The translations under genes were made by a program, and so were the position numbers. Shown here in pieces: positions 1-9,440 of a stretch of DNA of 64,000 bases. This stretch comes from a virus. The notes beneath the pieces are model-generated. The model ran no database searches, was not told the DNA's origin, and saw only the letters and a list, made by a program, of their open reading frames with translations. Numbering within the stretch: position 1 is the first letter of the stretch; each line of letters opens with the position of its first letter. The stretch lies in the IMG/VR virus record IMGVR_UViG_3300022700_000208, positions 17,646 to 81,645 of that record; one strand, written 5' to 3'.

Positions 1-8
1 ATGGGATA

Positions 9-1082
9 GTGAAGGGGAAGTACATCTTGAGAGGAAACAACATGGAGATAAACAACAGGATTGGCATTTTCACGGACCAGCATTTAAGAAGCACTGGATC
101 ATTTCCACCTTTCAATAAGCTTTCCGAGTCAGGTCTTTCCAAGGAACTCGATAACATCATCAGAGGTTTTTACTTTGTTGCTGACCAAATAAGATCTTAT
201 AAGCCCAGGGCTGTATTCTCTTTGGGGGATGCCTTTCACAACCCTGAGGTGATAGATGTCCCAACTCTTGAGGGAGCTTCAAGGGCCTTTGGGGTTGTTA
301 AGAAGGCTTGTGATGAAGTAGGGGCTGATTTTTACATACTGGTTGGCAACCATGATGTGGTCTCAGAGAATCCAACTCTTATCACTTCTGTTTCAGTTCT
401 TGAGGGGTTTGGGCAAGTAATTAAAGAGCCCTACTTTATCGACATTGATGAGTTTACTGTCTCAATGGTTCCTTATTCATCTAATCCCTCAAAGATGTAT
501 TCTCAGCTCAAGGAAGCTGAGGTTCAGTCAGATCTTATATTAACTCATATTGATGTAGCTGGATGCAGGTATGAAAACAATCATCTTTCTGAATCAGAGA
601 TAGATCCCACTTTTAAGGTGCCTGTTATTTCGGGGGATATTCACTTTAGTCAGCATGTAGGAAGCGTTATATATCCAGGCTCTCTTGTACAAAACAAATT
701 CACTAGATCTGATCTCAGTGGGATTGGTGGGGCTGCTTTCTATGATCTTGAAACAAAGGAATATCAGCTTGAGAGAAATATTTATTCAAAGCATTATGTC
801 AAAGCCCATTCCATAGAGGAAGCCAAGAAGCATGATCCCAATCAAGTTATTATTCAACTTGTTACAGATGTTCCCAAGGAAGAGGCAGAAATTGAGCTTG
901 AAGACTATGAATTTAATTATCTTCCTGCTCCAAAAGTTGATGATAATCTTGAAGTTGAGTATGAGAATGTTGGGATTGAATCTCCCGAAGTAGTCTTGAG
1001 AACTTATATCAATCAAGACCGTCCTAGTGCCCTTAAAAATTTTGATGAGACTTTGAAAAGTAGGAGTGAATCTAATGCATAA
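9..1082 (+). CDS. Mre11/SbcD-like metallophosphoesterase nuclease (T4 gp47-like)
   Basis: Motifs TDQH, LGDAFH, VGNHD, LTH, SGDIH, YPGS; upstream of a Rad50-like gene. The true start is probably ATG at 42. Confidence 0.9.
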   Translation: MKGKYILRGNNMEINNRIGIFTDQHLRSTGSFPPFNKLSESGLSKELDNIIRGFYFVADQIRSYKPRAVFSLGDAFHNPEVIDVPTLEGASRAFGVVKKACDEVGADFYILVGNHDVVSENPTLITSVSVLEGFGQVIKEPYFIDIDEFTVSMVPYSSNPSKMYSQLKEAEVQSDLILTHIDVAGCRYENNHLSESEIDPTFKVPVISGDIHFSQHVGSVIYPGSLVQNKFTRSDLSGIGGAAFYDLETKEYQLERNIYSKHYVKAHSIEEAKKHDPNQVIIQLVTDVPKEEAEIELEDYEFNYLPAPKVDDNLEVEYENVGIESPEVVLRTYINQDRPSALKNFDETLKSRSESNA

Positions 1083-1524
1083 GAGCTTGTTGATACAGAC
1101 TGTTTATTCTTCCCAGCAAAGGTTGGTTTTCTTTCCTTCAAGCCAGGTAGTGAATAAATTTATAAACCGCATAAAATCTTCAGAAATGGATGAGGACTTT
1201 GCTGACATTTATTTTGAAGATGAAAAATTCACGACAAAGTACAAAAATGTGAAAAGCATTGTTCATCCAGCTAATAAATTAAGGGGGGCTGAAGATTCAC
1301 CTCTTTTTGATATAGAGGTTATTTTTGAGAATGGTTTTTCTATTAATATCCCTGCTTCGGGTAGAAAAAGAGCTGATTATTCATTCAAAAAACTTAAAAA
1401 TCTTCAAAATGTTGATCCAACTGATTCTTATATACAAATCAAGCAGGATCTTAAATTTTTGGCCACTATAAGATGGGAATCCAGAATTGCTGAGATTTAT
1501 TGTACTGAAAAAGAGGAAGTATAA
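1066..1524 (+). CDS. hypothetical protein between nuclease subunits
   Basis: ORF overlaps both neighbours (translational coupling). Confidence 0.6.
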   Translation: MNLMHKSLLIQTVYSSQQRLVFFPSSQVVNKFINRIKSSEMDEDFADIYFEDEKFTTKYKNVKSIVHPANKLRGAEDSPLFDIEVIFENGFSINIPASGRKRADYSFKKLKNLQNVDPTDSYIQIKQDLKFLATIRWESRIAEIYCTEKEEV

Positions 1525-3287
1525 TGAGTAGTGGTATCAAATACAAAAGTTTTTGGGCTGAAAATTTTAGAAGTTTTGAGAAGCTTAATTTTACTATTGA
1601 GCCTGGTAAGCATCTTGTAGTGGGTGAGAACCAGGATTCGAGTTCAGCCACAAGTAATGGATCTGGAAAAAGCAATACCTTTCTTGCTCCTGTGTTTGCT
1701 CAGTTTAAAAAGTTAAGAAAAATCAAAGATCCATCTTTTAAGCATGGCGGGGGTGTTAAAACAGGAGTTGAGTTTGAAAGAGATGGCGTCAATTATGTGA
1801 TTGAGCGCCACTATAAGCATAAGAGCGGTAAAAATTCTCTAAATCTTTATATTGATGGTGAGGATGTCAGCAAAAGGCTCAAAAAAGGCTCTGAAGAAGA
1901 GATAAAAAATATCATTGGAATGTCTTTTGATCTTTTTACTTCTACCATAATTATTGAGCAAGGTCTTCCCACTAATTTTAGTCAACTTACTGAGGTAGGA
2001 AGGAAATCAGTTGTAGAAGAGCTTCTTGGTTTTTCTGTTTTTACTGAGTATTATAAGCCTTTGTTTGATAACAGCAAGAAAAGGATTCAGCAGGACCAGG
2101 AGAGGGTAAAAGAGAAATATAATGAGTCCAGAGATGAGATGGTTAGGCTTAATTCAAAGATTGAGGCTCAGGAGAGCGCTGAAGAATCCAAAAAAGCTGA
2201 AATAAGATCCCAGGTAAAAGAAGTTAAGAAGAAAATTAAAGATCTTGAAGACAATATTCAGTCCAAGATGGATGAGAAGAAAAGAATTCTTGATGGTCAA
2301 GACAGCCAACATCTTCAGGCTTCCCTCAATAAGATGTCTAACACTCTTACTACTTTAAGAAATAGGAAGTCTGATCTTGACCAGATAGTTCAGCAGCAAC
2401 ATTGCCCTACTTGTGGTCAATCTTTTCCAGAGGAAAAAATTTCTAACGCTCAGGATGAGTTATCTAAAATTCAGAATAAAATTCCAAAAATAGAGTCCAT
2501 GTATCAGGATATTGGAAACAAGCTCAACCAAATAAATAGTATATCCCAGGAAGTTCTCAACTCTGAAGGGCAGAAAAATAGTTTTCAGTATCAGCTTGAT
2601 AGTTTATTTGCTCAATTAAAGTCTGATAGTTCTAATGTGGATTTAGATAATCTCAAAGAGAAATTGGATGAAGTTGCAGATCAAGTTAATGCTTTAAATG
2701 AGGAACTCAATTCTATAAATGAAGATGTGGATAATCTGGAGTACATTTCCAAGCTTTTGTTACCCTCTTCCCCTTTCAGATCTTTTGTTCTTGAGAGATA
2801 TCTTATTCATATAAACAAGATCATTTCTCATATTTCTCCTCTTTTGTTTGAAGAAGTAAAGGTTGAATTGAGTGTTACTGAAAACAATAAGGGCATTCAA
2901 ATTAACATTGAGAAAAATGGTGAGGTTTATGATTATGATGAGCTTTCTGGGGGAGAGAAAAAACGATTAGATATAATTTTTATTTTGGCTTTCCAAAGAT
3001 TTCTTATAGAGTCCAGTGGAATTAGATCTAATCTTCTTGTTTTTGATGAGATTTTTGATTCTTTGGATGATAGGGGTATTGAACTTGTCCTTAGCTGCAT
3101 AGATTCTTTGTTTCCAGAAAGTTCTTCTATCTACATAATAACCCATAATAAGTCTGTTAAATCCATGTTCAATTCGGTCAAGAAAGTTATTAAGAAAAAT
3201 GGAGTTTCTGTTCTTGAAGGATCAAAAGAGCATGAAGAATTGGCTAACTCTGAGGAGGTTGTAGAGCAAGTAGTAGCCATGGATTAA
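1524..3287 (+). CDS. Rad50/SbcC-like ABC ATPase (T4 gp46-like)
   Basis: Walker A NGSGKS, coiled coil with CPTC zinc hook, signature LSGGE, Walker B VFDE, H-loop IITH. Confidence 0.93.
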   Translation: MSSGIKYKSFWAENFRSFEKLNFTIEPGKHLVVGENQDSSSATSNGSGKSNTFLAPVFAQFKKLRKIKDPSFKHGGGVKTGVEFERDGVNYVIERHYKHKSGKNSLNLYIDGEDVSKRLKKGSEEEIKNIIGMSFDLFTSTIIIEQGLPTNFSQLTEVGRKSVVEELLGFSVFTEYYKPLFDNSKKRIQQDQERVKEKYNESRDEMVRLNSKIEAQESAEESKKAEIRSQVKEVKKKIKDLEDNIQSKMDEKKRILDGQDSQHLQASLNKMSNTLTTLRNRKSDLDQIVQQQHCPTCGQSFPEEKISNAQDELSKIQNKIPKIESMYQDIGNKLNQINSISQEVLNSEGQKNSFQYQLDSLFAQLKSDSSNVDLDNLKEKLDEVADQVNALNEELNSINEDVDNLEYISKLLLPSSPFRSFVLERYLIHINKIISHISPLLFEEVKVELSVTENNKGIQINIEKNGEVYDYDELSGGEKKRLDIIFILAFQRFLIESSGIRSNLLVFDEIFDSLDDRGIELVLSCIDSLFPESSSIYIITHNKSVKSMFNSVKKVIKKNGVSVLEGSKEHEELANSEEVVEQVVAMD

Positions 3288-3311
3288 AGCAACAGGGGAA
3301 AGACATCATAG

Positions 3312-3848
3312 ATGAATATTGCAGAATTGATACTCAAAACAATGGATGAAAGTGGGGCCGAAGACACAGGGATGGTTGGCCAGCAGATGCTTAATAAAGC
3401 TAAAAAGGCCCTACTGCCTGAAGAAGATGAGGACATGGATGATGAGCTTAAGCAAAAGATTCAGGAGCTTAAGCAATATGAAGCCAATGAAGATCTTGGC
3501 TGGATGGATTTTGCTTCCTGGAGATCTCTAAAAACCCCTGTACATACAGTCTTTTCTAAAGAATTGGAGCCTCTTTTTTGGAGTGGTGTTTATTTTAGTT
3601 ATTCTCAGTTTATGGAGAAAAAAGAAATCATCTTAAAGGATATGGATGTTGGGACTACAATCAATATACAAAAGCATGGATCTAATTTTCAGTTTATTTG
3701 TCTTAACTCCCGATCCAGTATTTATGATTATTTTGGTTCTGTTGAACTTGAAAAGTTAAAGAAGTGGTATGTGTCCACAAGATATAAGTCCATAGGAAAG
3801 ACAATCACACAGGGACTAATAGTTAAAGATTTCAAGGAGGACAAATGA
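3312..3848 (+). CDS. hypothetical protein
   Basis: ORF in a tightly packed operon. Confidence 0.6.
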   Translation: MNIAELILKTMDESGAEDTGMVGQQMLNKAKKALLPEEDEDMDDELKQKIQELKQYEANEDLGWMDFASWRSLKTPVHTVFSKELEPLFWSGVYFSYSQFMEKKEIILKDMDVGTTINIQKHGSNFQFICLNSRSSIYDYFGSVELEKLKKWYVSTRYKSIGKTITQGLIVKDFKEDK

Positions 3849-4111
3849 GTAAAAAGGAAGAAGTGAAAAGAGTTGTTCACCCTCAGGAACTATTTGCCAT
3901 GCTCAATATTAAGGATTTTGATTCAGCAAGAAAAGCCTTAATAACTGGATTTGATTTCTTGATTTATATGAACCCTGGGGATCAATTGGTGATGAATAAT
4001 GCTACATTCCACAAGCTAGATAATGATCTTTTTCAAGTTGAAAGCAATATCAATTCTGAGAATGTAGTTGATTCTCTAGAGAAAAGAAAAATAGTGAGGA
4101 TTCCAGGATAA
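3845..4111 (+). CDS. hypothetical protein
   Basis: AAGGAGG SD; ATGA overlap with previous gene. Confidence 0.6.
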   Translation: MSKKEEVKRVVHPQELFAMLNIKDFDSARKALITGFDFLIYMNPGDQLVMNNATFHKLDNDLFQVESNINSENVVDSLEKRKIVRIPG

Positions 4112-4112
4112 T

Positions 4113-5336
4113 ATGGCTAGTAAAAAATCCTTTGATCTCAAAAAATTAGAAACTCAGGCTCTTGATTCCTATGATAGGTGGAAGTCAGAGGATTGCACTG
4201 AAACAAGAACTGATCTTTTTTATAAAGTGAGAGACTTGGCTCATGCAATTCTTAGTGTTGGGGATTGGGAGAAATACAATATAGATATAGAAGAAACTGC
4301 TTATGATTATGCTATCTATCTTTTTGAGAGAATATTAACTGGATTTAGGCTTGAGCCAAAAGAGAATGGAACAAGATTCCCTCTTCAGCATTATATGAAC
4401 CTCAATATTAGGCACGTTATTATAACTCTGGGGGATGATGAGCTTTTCAAAAGTCTGGTTGAGGACATGGAATATTTACTGGATACTACTGAATCGAGTG
4501 AGATTGAAGAGGAAATCCAGCTTGAGAACCAATTTGAACTTAAAGATCTTAAACTCACCCTCTATAAGTCTCTCAGGGTATTTTATTCTGAGGAGGAAAT
4601 AAGAAGGCTTTTGCCCATAAGCTTGGAATTTATATCAGAGGTAAGCAGGAAGAATATACCTAATACAGCTCCTGATGATGTTGCTGATTTCAGTTTAGTT
4701 CTTATTGCTTTAGCTAAAAGAGTTATCAAGGACAATAATGTTACTTATCCCTACAATGGATCAAAAACAGAGCTTAGGCAGATTTTAAATTCTTCTGTTA
4801 GAAGTTCTGTGTTTTTGGCTTCGGTAGTTAATACAGATTTTTTCCCCAAGGAACTTTTATTGTCAGTGGATACAGATTCCCTTAGTCGTATTGTTAGTCT
4901 TATGGGTGGAAAGACAGTAAGAATACCCACACAAAGAGAGCTTGATACTTTGCTTGGGACAGTTATAACTCTTTCCAAAAATATAATTGAGGGAAAAACT
5001 ACTAAAAAGGCTTTGGCTGAATCCAAGTCTGATTTTGATCTTGTTTTTTGTAATCAAATAAACATACAGAACTTTGTGTCTAAGTCCATGGAAAGTTATA
5101 AGTATTTTGGGAAAGATCAGGAGACTAAGCCCTTAATACATGCTTTGCTGAGTTCTATAAAGTCCATTGAGTCTATGATAGATGATTTGGTTAAAGAGAA
5201 TAAGGAAAACATATCTGAAGAGGAAATAGAAACTTATTCAGAACTTAGTAAGAAATTTTCTCATTTTGCTGAGTCTTTGGATTCGATGATTAAACCCAAA
5301 AAGGATTGGAGGAATTATGAAGACCTATACAGTTAA
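4113..5336 (+). CDS. putative transcription factor (sigma region-2-like N-terminus, Mor-like GGxTVRIP segment)
   Basis: DIEETAYD..FPLQHYMNLNIRHVI loosely resembles sigma region 2; LMGGKTVRIP resembles the Mor motif; near gp46/47 like T4 gp55. Confidence 0.35.
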   Translation: MASKKSFDLKKLETQALDSYDRWKSEDCTETRTDLFYKVRDLAHAILSVGDWEKYNIDIEETAYDYAIYLFERILTGFRLEPKENGTRFPLQHYMNLNIRHVIITLGDDELFKSLVEDMEYLLDTTESSEIEEEIQLENQFELKDLKLTLYKSLRVFYSEEEIRRLLPISLEFISEVSRKNIPNTAPDDVADFSLVLIALAKRVIKDNNVTYPYNGSKTELRQILNSSVRSSVFLASVVNTDFFPKELLLSVDTDSLSRIVSLMGGKTVRIPTQRELDTLLGTVITLSKNIIEGKTTKKALAESKSDFDLVFCNQINIQNFVSKSMESYKYFGKDQETKPLIHALLSSIKSIESMIDDLVKENKENISEEEIETYSELSKKFSHFAESLDSMIKPKKDWRNYEDLYS

Positions 5337-5523
5337 GGTTTGGCTAACTGAGGGAGGGGAAAAGACCTATTCCAATGTTATGGAGTATAGGAATCAGGAT
5401 AATATTTTGGTTCTTACTCTTAGGGATGGATCAACTGTCAAATATGAACCCCAGGATTATAGTCAGTCTGAAGTATCAGAGAATAAAATGGATGAACAGA
5501 AGTTAGGAGAAATGAATGAGTAG
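5317..5523 (+). CDS. hypothetical protein
   Basis: GGAGG SD; compact ORF. Confidence 0.55.
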   Translation: MKTYTVKVWLTEGGEKTYSNVMEYRNQDNILVLTLRDGSTVKYEPQDYSQSEVSENKMDEQKLGEMNE

Positions 5524-5532
5524 GAGTTTGGA

Positions 5533-5739
5533 ATGTTAGTAAAAGATCTTTTTGGGGTGGATGAGGAGGAGATTGAAGAAAAGGCAGAGAATGAAGAAAG
5601 GGGTGATTTTTGGACTAATTCCCTTTCTTTTTACAATCAGGTCAAAGACCGCGATATTCAAACATTAAGTAAAAAACAAACCAATTGGTTGGAAAAAATA
5701 GATGATCTAATACAACAGGAGGAAAACAATGGAGACTGA
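5533..5739 (+). CDS. hypothetical protein
   Basis: AGGAG SD; compact ORF. Confidence 0.55.
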   Translation: MLVKDLFGVDEEEIEEKAENEERGDFWTNSLSFYNQVKDRDIQTLSKKQTNWLEKIDDLIQQEENNGD

Positions 5740-6184
5740 AGTCAACACAGAAAACAACGTAACCAATATGAAAAAAGAGAGTGAAAAGGAAACTCTCACT
5801 CTTACTGCTTGGGAGGCTATAAATATTGAAAGAATTATAGCTTCCCAATCTTCAAAAGGTTCTGGAATTAAAGACCTTAGAATGATTAAGAGGGTTAGAG
5901 ACAAACTCAATTCAAAAATTCCTGAAAGGCCCACTCAGCAAAAACCTGAGTATAAAGATCCTCAAAATCCTACAGAAGAGGAAAAGAAAAGGACTGTAGA
6001 GCTTCAACAGCAATTCCAAAAGGATGTTGAAGAGTATATCAATCAGGAGTTTGAGTTTGATTTTTCTTGGCAAGAAATGGCTCTTATCAAAGAGAGGCTT
6101 AAAAATTTCAATGGGTATCCTGAAGATTCTCAAAATGTGGATAGGTTTGTTCAGCTTTTTGATAAATTAGGGATTGAGGGATAA
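5729..6184 (+). CDS. hypothetical protein
   Basis: AGGAGG SD. Confidence 0.6.
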   Translation: METEVNTENNVTNMKKESEKETLTLTAWEAINIERIIASQSSKGSGIKDLRMIKRVRDKLNSKIPERPTQQKPEYKDPQNPTEEEKKRTVELQQQFQKDVEEYINQEFEFDFSWQEMALIKERLKNFNGYPEDSQNVDRFVQLFDKLGIEG

Positions 6185-6186
6185 TT

Positions 6187-6408
6187 ATGGCTGTAAGAGC
6201 AAGCAGAAAGAATTTTCCTGATAGAGTGAAAGCAAGAAGAGAGTCAGCCAAAAAACGTCTTGAGGAGCGGCTGGCTCTCTCAGACTCTGATCTCATATCT
6301 AGCTCTAAGAGATTTAAAGGTAAAAAAGAATTCCCTGCTGAAGAGGTTAATGAGTTCAGGTCTGAGCTGAAGGAACAATTATCAATTCTTGAGGAAAGGA
6401 TTAAGTGA
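6187..6408 (+). CDS. small basic hypothetical protein
   Basis: Compact ORF in operon. Confidence 0.5.
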   Translation: MAVRASRKNFPDRVKARRESAKKRLEERLALSDSDLISSSKRFKGKKEFPAEEVNEFRSELKEQLSILEERIK

Positions 6409-6575
6409 TGGAATGGGAATGGGGCTTTAAATTTAAGATTGGAAATATAGCTCTTTTGAGAAAGAAAGATAAATATGGTGGGGCCAAATGGGCTATTGGA
6501 CTATATACAGATTCTTTAGGAGATGGTGACAAGTCTTGGAAAGTGACCAGATTTGAATGGGGTTCAATAAAATGA
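6408..6575 (+). CDS. 55-aa hypothetical protein (not in ORF track)
   Basis: MEWEWGFKFKIG...WGSIK*; TGATG coupling with previous stop. Confidence 0.5.
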   Translation: MEWEWGFKFKIGNIALLRKKDKYGGAKWAIGLYTDSLGDGDKSWKVTRFEWGSIK

Positions 6576-6730
6576 AAGAAGGAGATCCTCAAGGTCCATT
6601 AGGAGCTTTTTTTGGATTTGTCTTTTTTATGATTCTCCTGGGAGTTTTCATGTGGATAACTCTCTGGTCTCTTCAGACCTCCTGTGATGTCCTCCCTTGG
6701 GTTCCAGAAATATGTGGGGTTTCTCAATGA
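6572..6730 (+). CDS. 52-aa single-pass membrane protein (not in ORF track)
   Basis: MKEGDPQGPLGAFFGFVFFMILLGVFMWITLW...; ATGA overlaps at both ends. Confidence 0.55.
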   Translation: MKEGDPQGPLGAFFGFVFFMILLGVFMWITLWSLQTSCDVLPWVPEICGVSQ

Positions 6731-6999
6731 GTGAGAAAAGGCTCATAATTTATGGAAATCCCATTTTATTTAGTGAGTGGATGGAATGTAAGAAAAAGGC
6801 TGAATCTTTGGGACATCAAGTACAGAACATGGCTTCTATTATTCAGAATGAGATGAATATTCCAAAGAGCCAACTTACCGAATATAAGAAGCAATTGATG
6901 GATTTTCACTCTGACCTTGATCAGTTGAGAAAAGATGTTGATAATTTGTTTTCAAAGACACTTGAGGAAATAGTTTATTCTAATGAGTTCCCGTTTTGA
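6727..6999 (+). CDS. hypothetical coiled-coil protein
   Basis: ATG at 6727 overlaps the previous stop codon. Confidence 0.55.
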   Translation: MSEKRLIIYGNPILFSEWMECKKKAESLGHQVQNMASIIQNEMNIPKSQLTEYKKQLMDFHSDLDQLRKDVDNLFSKTLEEIVYSNEFPF

Positions 7000-7298
7000 G
7001 CAAGAAGCAAGAGGTATTGTACAGAATTCAGTTTCGTCACGACAAGCTTGGCATTATCCAGTTTTTTGCCAAGAGTCTGGACCTGTATTCAATACCCCTT
7101 ATTCATGCTGAGGAAATTTGCCAAGATCCAACGGTGATCTCTAAATTTTTAAGAAAGGGTGAGTCTGTGAGGTTTAGCAATTTCTCAGGAACAAAAAAAG
7201 TGACTTTCCCTTATTATCAGCTTGTTTTGGCTGAGGAGCTTGAGCCTGTTCCCAATAATAATCTCAAGCCTATCAAGAAAGAAGAGGAGAATGGGTAG
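6996..7298 (+). CDS. hypothetical protein
   Basis: TTGA overlap with previous gene. Confidence 0.5.
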   Translation: MSKKQEVLYRIQFRHDKLGIIQFFAKSLDLYSIPLIHAEEICQDPTVISKFLRKGESVRFSNFSGTKKVTFPYYQLVLAEELEPVPNNNLKPIKKEEENG

Positions 7299-7481
7299 AT
7301 GGATATAAGCCAATACATCTTTATTTTTGTTCTTAGTGTTTCGGGGCTTTATCTTATTTGCCTTCCTATAAAACATCGTTTAGGACTAATACCTAGTCCA
7401 GAATCCTTCCTTACCTTTCTGTTTCTCCTGCTCATCTTTTTTCTGTCAGCTCTTTTGCTTTTTCCGATCCGTAAAATTTAA
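7299..7481 (+). CDS. small two-TM membrane protein
   Basis: Two hydrophobic stretches. Confidence 0.5.
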   Translation: MDISQYIFIFVLSVSGLYLICLPIKHRLGLIPSPESFLTFLFLLLIFFLSALLLFPIRKI

Positions 7482-7504
7482 AATTTCCGTTTTCCTAGTA
7501 GAGG
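7471..7504 (+). promoter_or_regulatory. candidate late promoter motif, copy 1
   Basis: GTAAAATTTAAAATTTCCGTTTTCCTAGTAGAGG; recurs at 31819 and 47703 with the same spacing. Confidence 0.55.
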
Positions 7505-7562
7505 GACTTTTCATATAAAGTCAGATTTTCTTGATATTATAATGCACTGCATAGGAATTGAT

Positions 7563-7793
7563 ATGAAAGCACCGAGTCTAAAAAACCTTGTTTTGGAGGC
7601 CAAGATCCCTGAGGAGGATTTAGATCAGATCCATACTATGGCTCAGGACGGTGCCGATCCTTCAGGAGCTATATCTCACCTTGGCAAGAAATTTAAAGTA
7701 AACCCACAGGAAGTTGAGAGCGCTTTTAAGAAGCGTTTTGGGAAGTCCCCTGGGGATATGGCCAAGGAAAACCAACCAGACGGTGATGATTGA
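7563..7793 (+). CDS. leader-bearing small protein (MKAPSLKNLVLE|AK)
   Basis: ATG at 7563; variant of the shared leader. Confidence 0.55.
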   Translation: MKAPSLKNLVLEAKIPEEDLDQIHTMAQDGADPSGAISHLGKKFKVNPQEVESAFKKRFGKSPGDMAKENQPDGDD

Positions 7794-7864
7794 TTTTGAA
7801 GGGCTCATCCCTTGCTGAAGGTCAGTTGCTGCTGCCCCATTCTGAGGGCGCTGAGCCCTTTAAA
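7794..7864 (+). other. multi-branched RNA stem-loop
   Basis: TTTGAAGGGCTCA / TGAGCCCTTTAAA closing stem with internal hairpins CCTT-GCTG-AAGG and GCCC-CATTCTGA-GGGC. Confidence 0.45.
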
Positions 7865-7892
7865 TTATGCCTAGCGTTATTAGGAGTTGTTA

Positions 7893-8045
7893 GTGTCAGA
7901 CGCTAATAAGTCAGAACAATCTGTTAATGCCTTGGGGGCCATCCCCAAGGCAGGAATAGCTGTAGTTAAGGCAAAAAATGTCCAAAGGTCTCGAAGAAGG
8001 GCCAAGGAACTCCTTAAAAAGATGAGGAATGTAGGGGTTGAATGA
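7893..8045 (+). CDS. 50-aa protein (not in ORF track)
   Basis: AGGAG SD at 7882-7886, GTG start: MSDANKSEQSVNALGAIPKAGIAVVKAKNVQRSRRRAKELLKKMRNVGVE*. Confidence 0.55.
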   Translation: MSDANKSEQSVNALGAIPKAGIAVVKAKNVQRSRRRAKELLKKMRNVGVE

Positions 8046-8313
8046 ATGCCAGGTATCAGGCTGCCATGAACATGGAGATTATTTCCCCGTACTTTTACTC
8101 AGAGAACTCGACGATGATCCCAATTCTAAGCATGTTGAAGAAACTGTCCTCTTTCAATTCTATTGCGTTCACCATATTAAAGACCTGACCTGGGAAGACA
8201 TAGTAGATCCCCTGGTTTGGGAGGATATAAACAATGAAAGGCTCAGACACGACCTTGAGGTTTTCGACTCTAGCATTTGTGATTTTCAGTGGCGTAGTTC
8301 TCTTGATGAGTAG
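8038..8313 (+). CDS. hypothetical Cys/His protein
   Basis: CxxxxC..CxxH pattern. Confidence 0.5.
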   Translation: MNECQVSGCHEHGDYFPVLLLRELDDDPNSKHVEETVLFQFYCVHHIKDLTWEDIVDPLVWEDINNERLRHDLEVFDSSICDFQWRSSLDE

Positions 8314-9439
8314 CGGGTGCGCATCAAAAAGGTTTGTGGTGGAGCCTATAGATGCCAAAATTCCTGAACTTAAGTTTGAGTATTGGAAGGATGGTTCCTG
8401 GCATCCAGCTCATGGCCATGCTGGGGCCTATTTCTCGGAATCTGATAAGAAAAAATTCCGAATTAAAACCCACAAAGAGGGTGGGGATTGCCAATTTGTC
8501 TATGTAGATGGGGATACCCATTTCACTAGGGAATGTGATGAAAAGAGTGAAATAACCCTGAATTTGGGCAAGTACAGGCAAAACAGTCCTGAGGTTATTG
8601 GTTTTTCAGTGACTATGGAAAATTCAGGAACTCAGCAGGGATACTTTTATCCTCTGATGAGAAATCAATATGAGCCCTTGCCAGTTAGTTTTAAATGCCC
8701 TTATTCTAAGAAAAATGGATCAATATCGGTATGTAGCAGACCTGCAACATATCGGTTTCTTTTTGATGTTAGTATAAAGTCTCAGGGGGAGGGGGATCTT
8801 CTCTTTACCAGGAAATGCAATGGTGAGGAGAAGATTTCTGAAACCCTTAATGTGAGTGGTCCAGAAACAAAAACCCTTTCCATTTCTTCAGATAAAGCTA
8901 ATTTTTGTGTAGTTGGGCTGGCTTTAAGGCAAGGATCAACCCGAAAATCACAAAGGATCTATGTAAGATTTTATGATCCTGAGTACATTCCTCTTTCATC
9001 TCCAGAGATAACCAAGAAGGATGATGGGTTTAAGATATGCGCACCTGAGGATTATGAGCTTCTTAGTATTAACGGAAAGGATTATTCCAATTCTTTCTTT
9101 TCAGATTCTTGCAAGACAGTAGAGAGCAGCCATGTTGAGGTTCTTGTTTGGGATGATGTAGGGCGGCTCAGTCGGGTTGTGTCTTCCTTGAATGGCCGTA
9201 AAACTTCCTTGTACCTGAGCCGCATAAATAAGAATAGCACAACCAACTATTTCACTAAGTCCAGATATAGTTGGGGTTTTTATGAGGACTTATACAAATG
9301 GGGTTATCCTAAGCTGAGGGATTATTGTCCTAAAGAAAAGACGGAATGCATGAGAGATAAAGCTAAAGCTCTCATGGATAGTCCCACGGTTATTTCAGCC
9401 GTTGAGAGTTGGGATGGCTCCCTTTTAAAGGGGGACTAA
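8234..9439 (+). CDS. putative Cys-rich lipoprotein
   Basis: Hydrophobic signal followed by lipobox-like SSG-C; multiple cysteines. Confidence 0.6.
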   Translation: MKGSDTTLRFSTLAFVIFSGVVLLMSSGCASKRFVVEPIDAKIPELKFEYWKDGSWHPAHGHAGAYFSESDKKKFRIKTHKEGGDCQFVYVDGDTHFTRECDEKSEITLNLGKYRQNSPEVIGFSVTMENSGTQQGYFYPLMRNQYEPLPVSFKCPYSKKNGSISVCSRPATYRFLFDVSIKSQGEGDLLFTRKCNGEEKISETLNVSGPETKTLSISSDKANFCVVGLALRQGSTRKSQRIYVRFYDPEYIPLSSPEITKKDDGFKICAPEDYELLSINGKDYSNSFFSDSCKTVESSHVEVLVWDDVGRLSRVVSSLNGRKTSLYLSRINKNSTTNYFTKSRYSWGFYEDLYKWGYPKLRDYCPKEKTECMRDKAKALMDSPTVISAVESWDGSLLKGD

Positions 9440-9440
9440 A

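Noticed and set aside
7801-7859. tRNA gene or hammerhead ribozyme
   Set aside because: It has a 7-bp acceptor-like stem but is only ~59 nt, with no TTCGA T-loop or proper anticodon arm; the hammerhead CUGANGA/GAAA core is absent.
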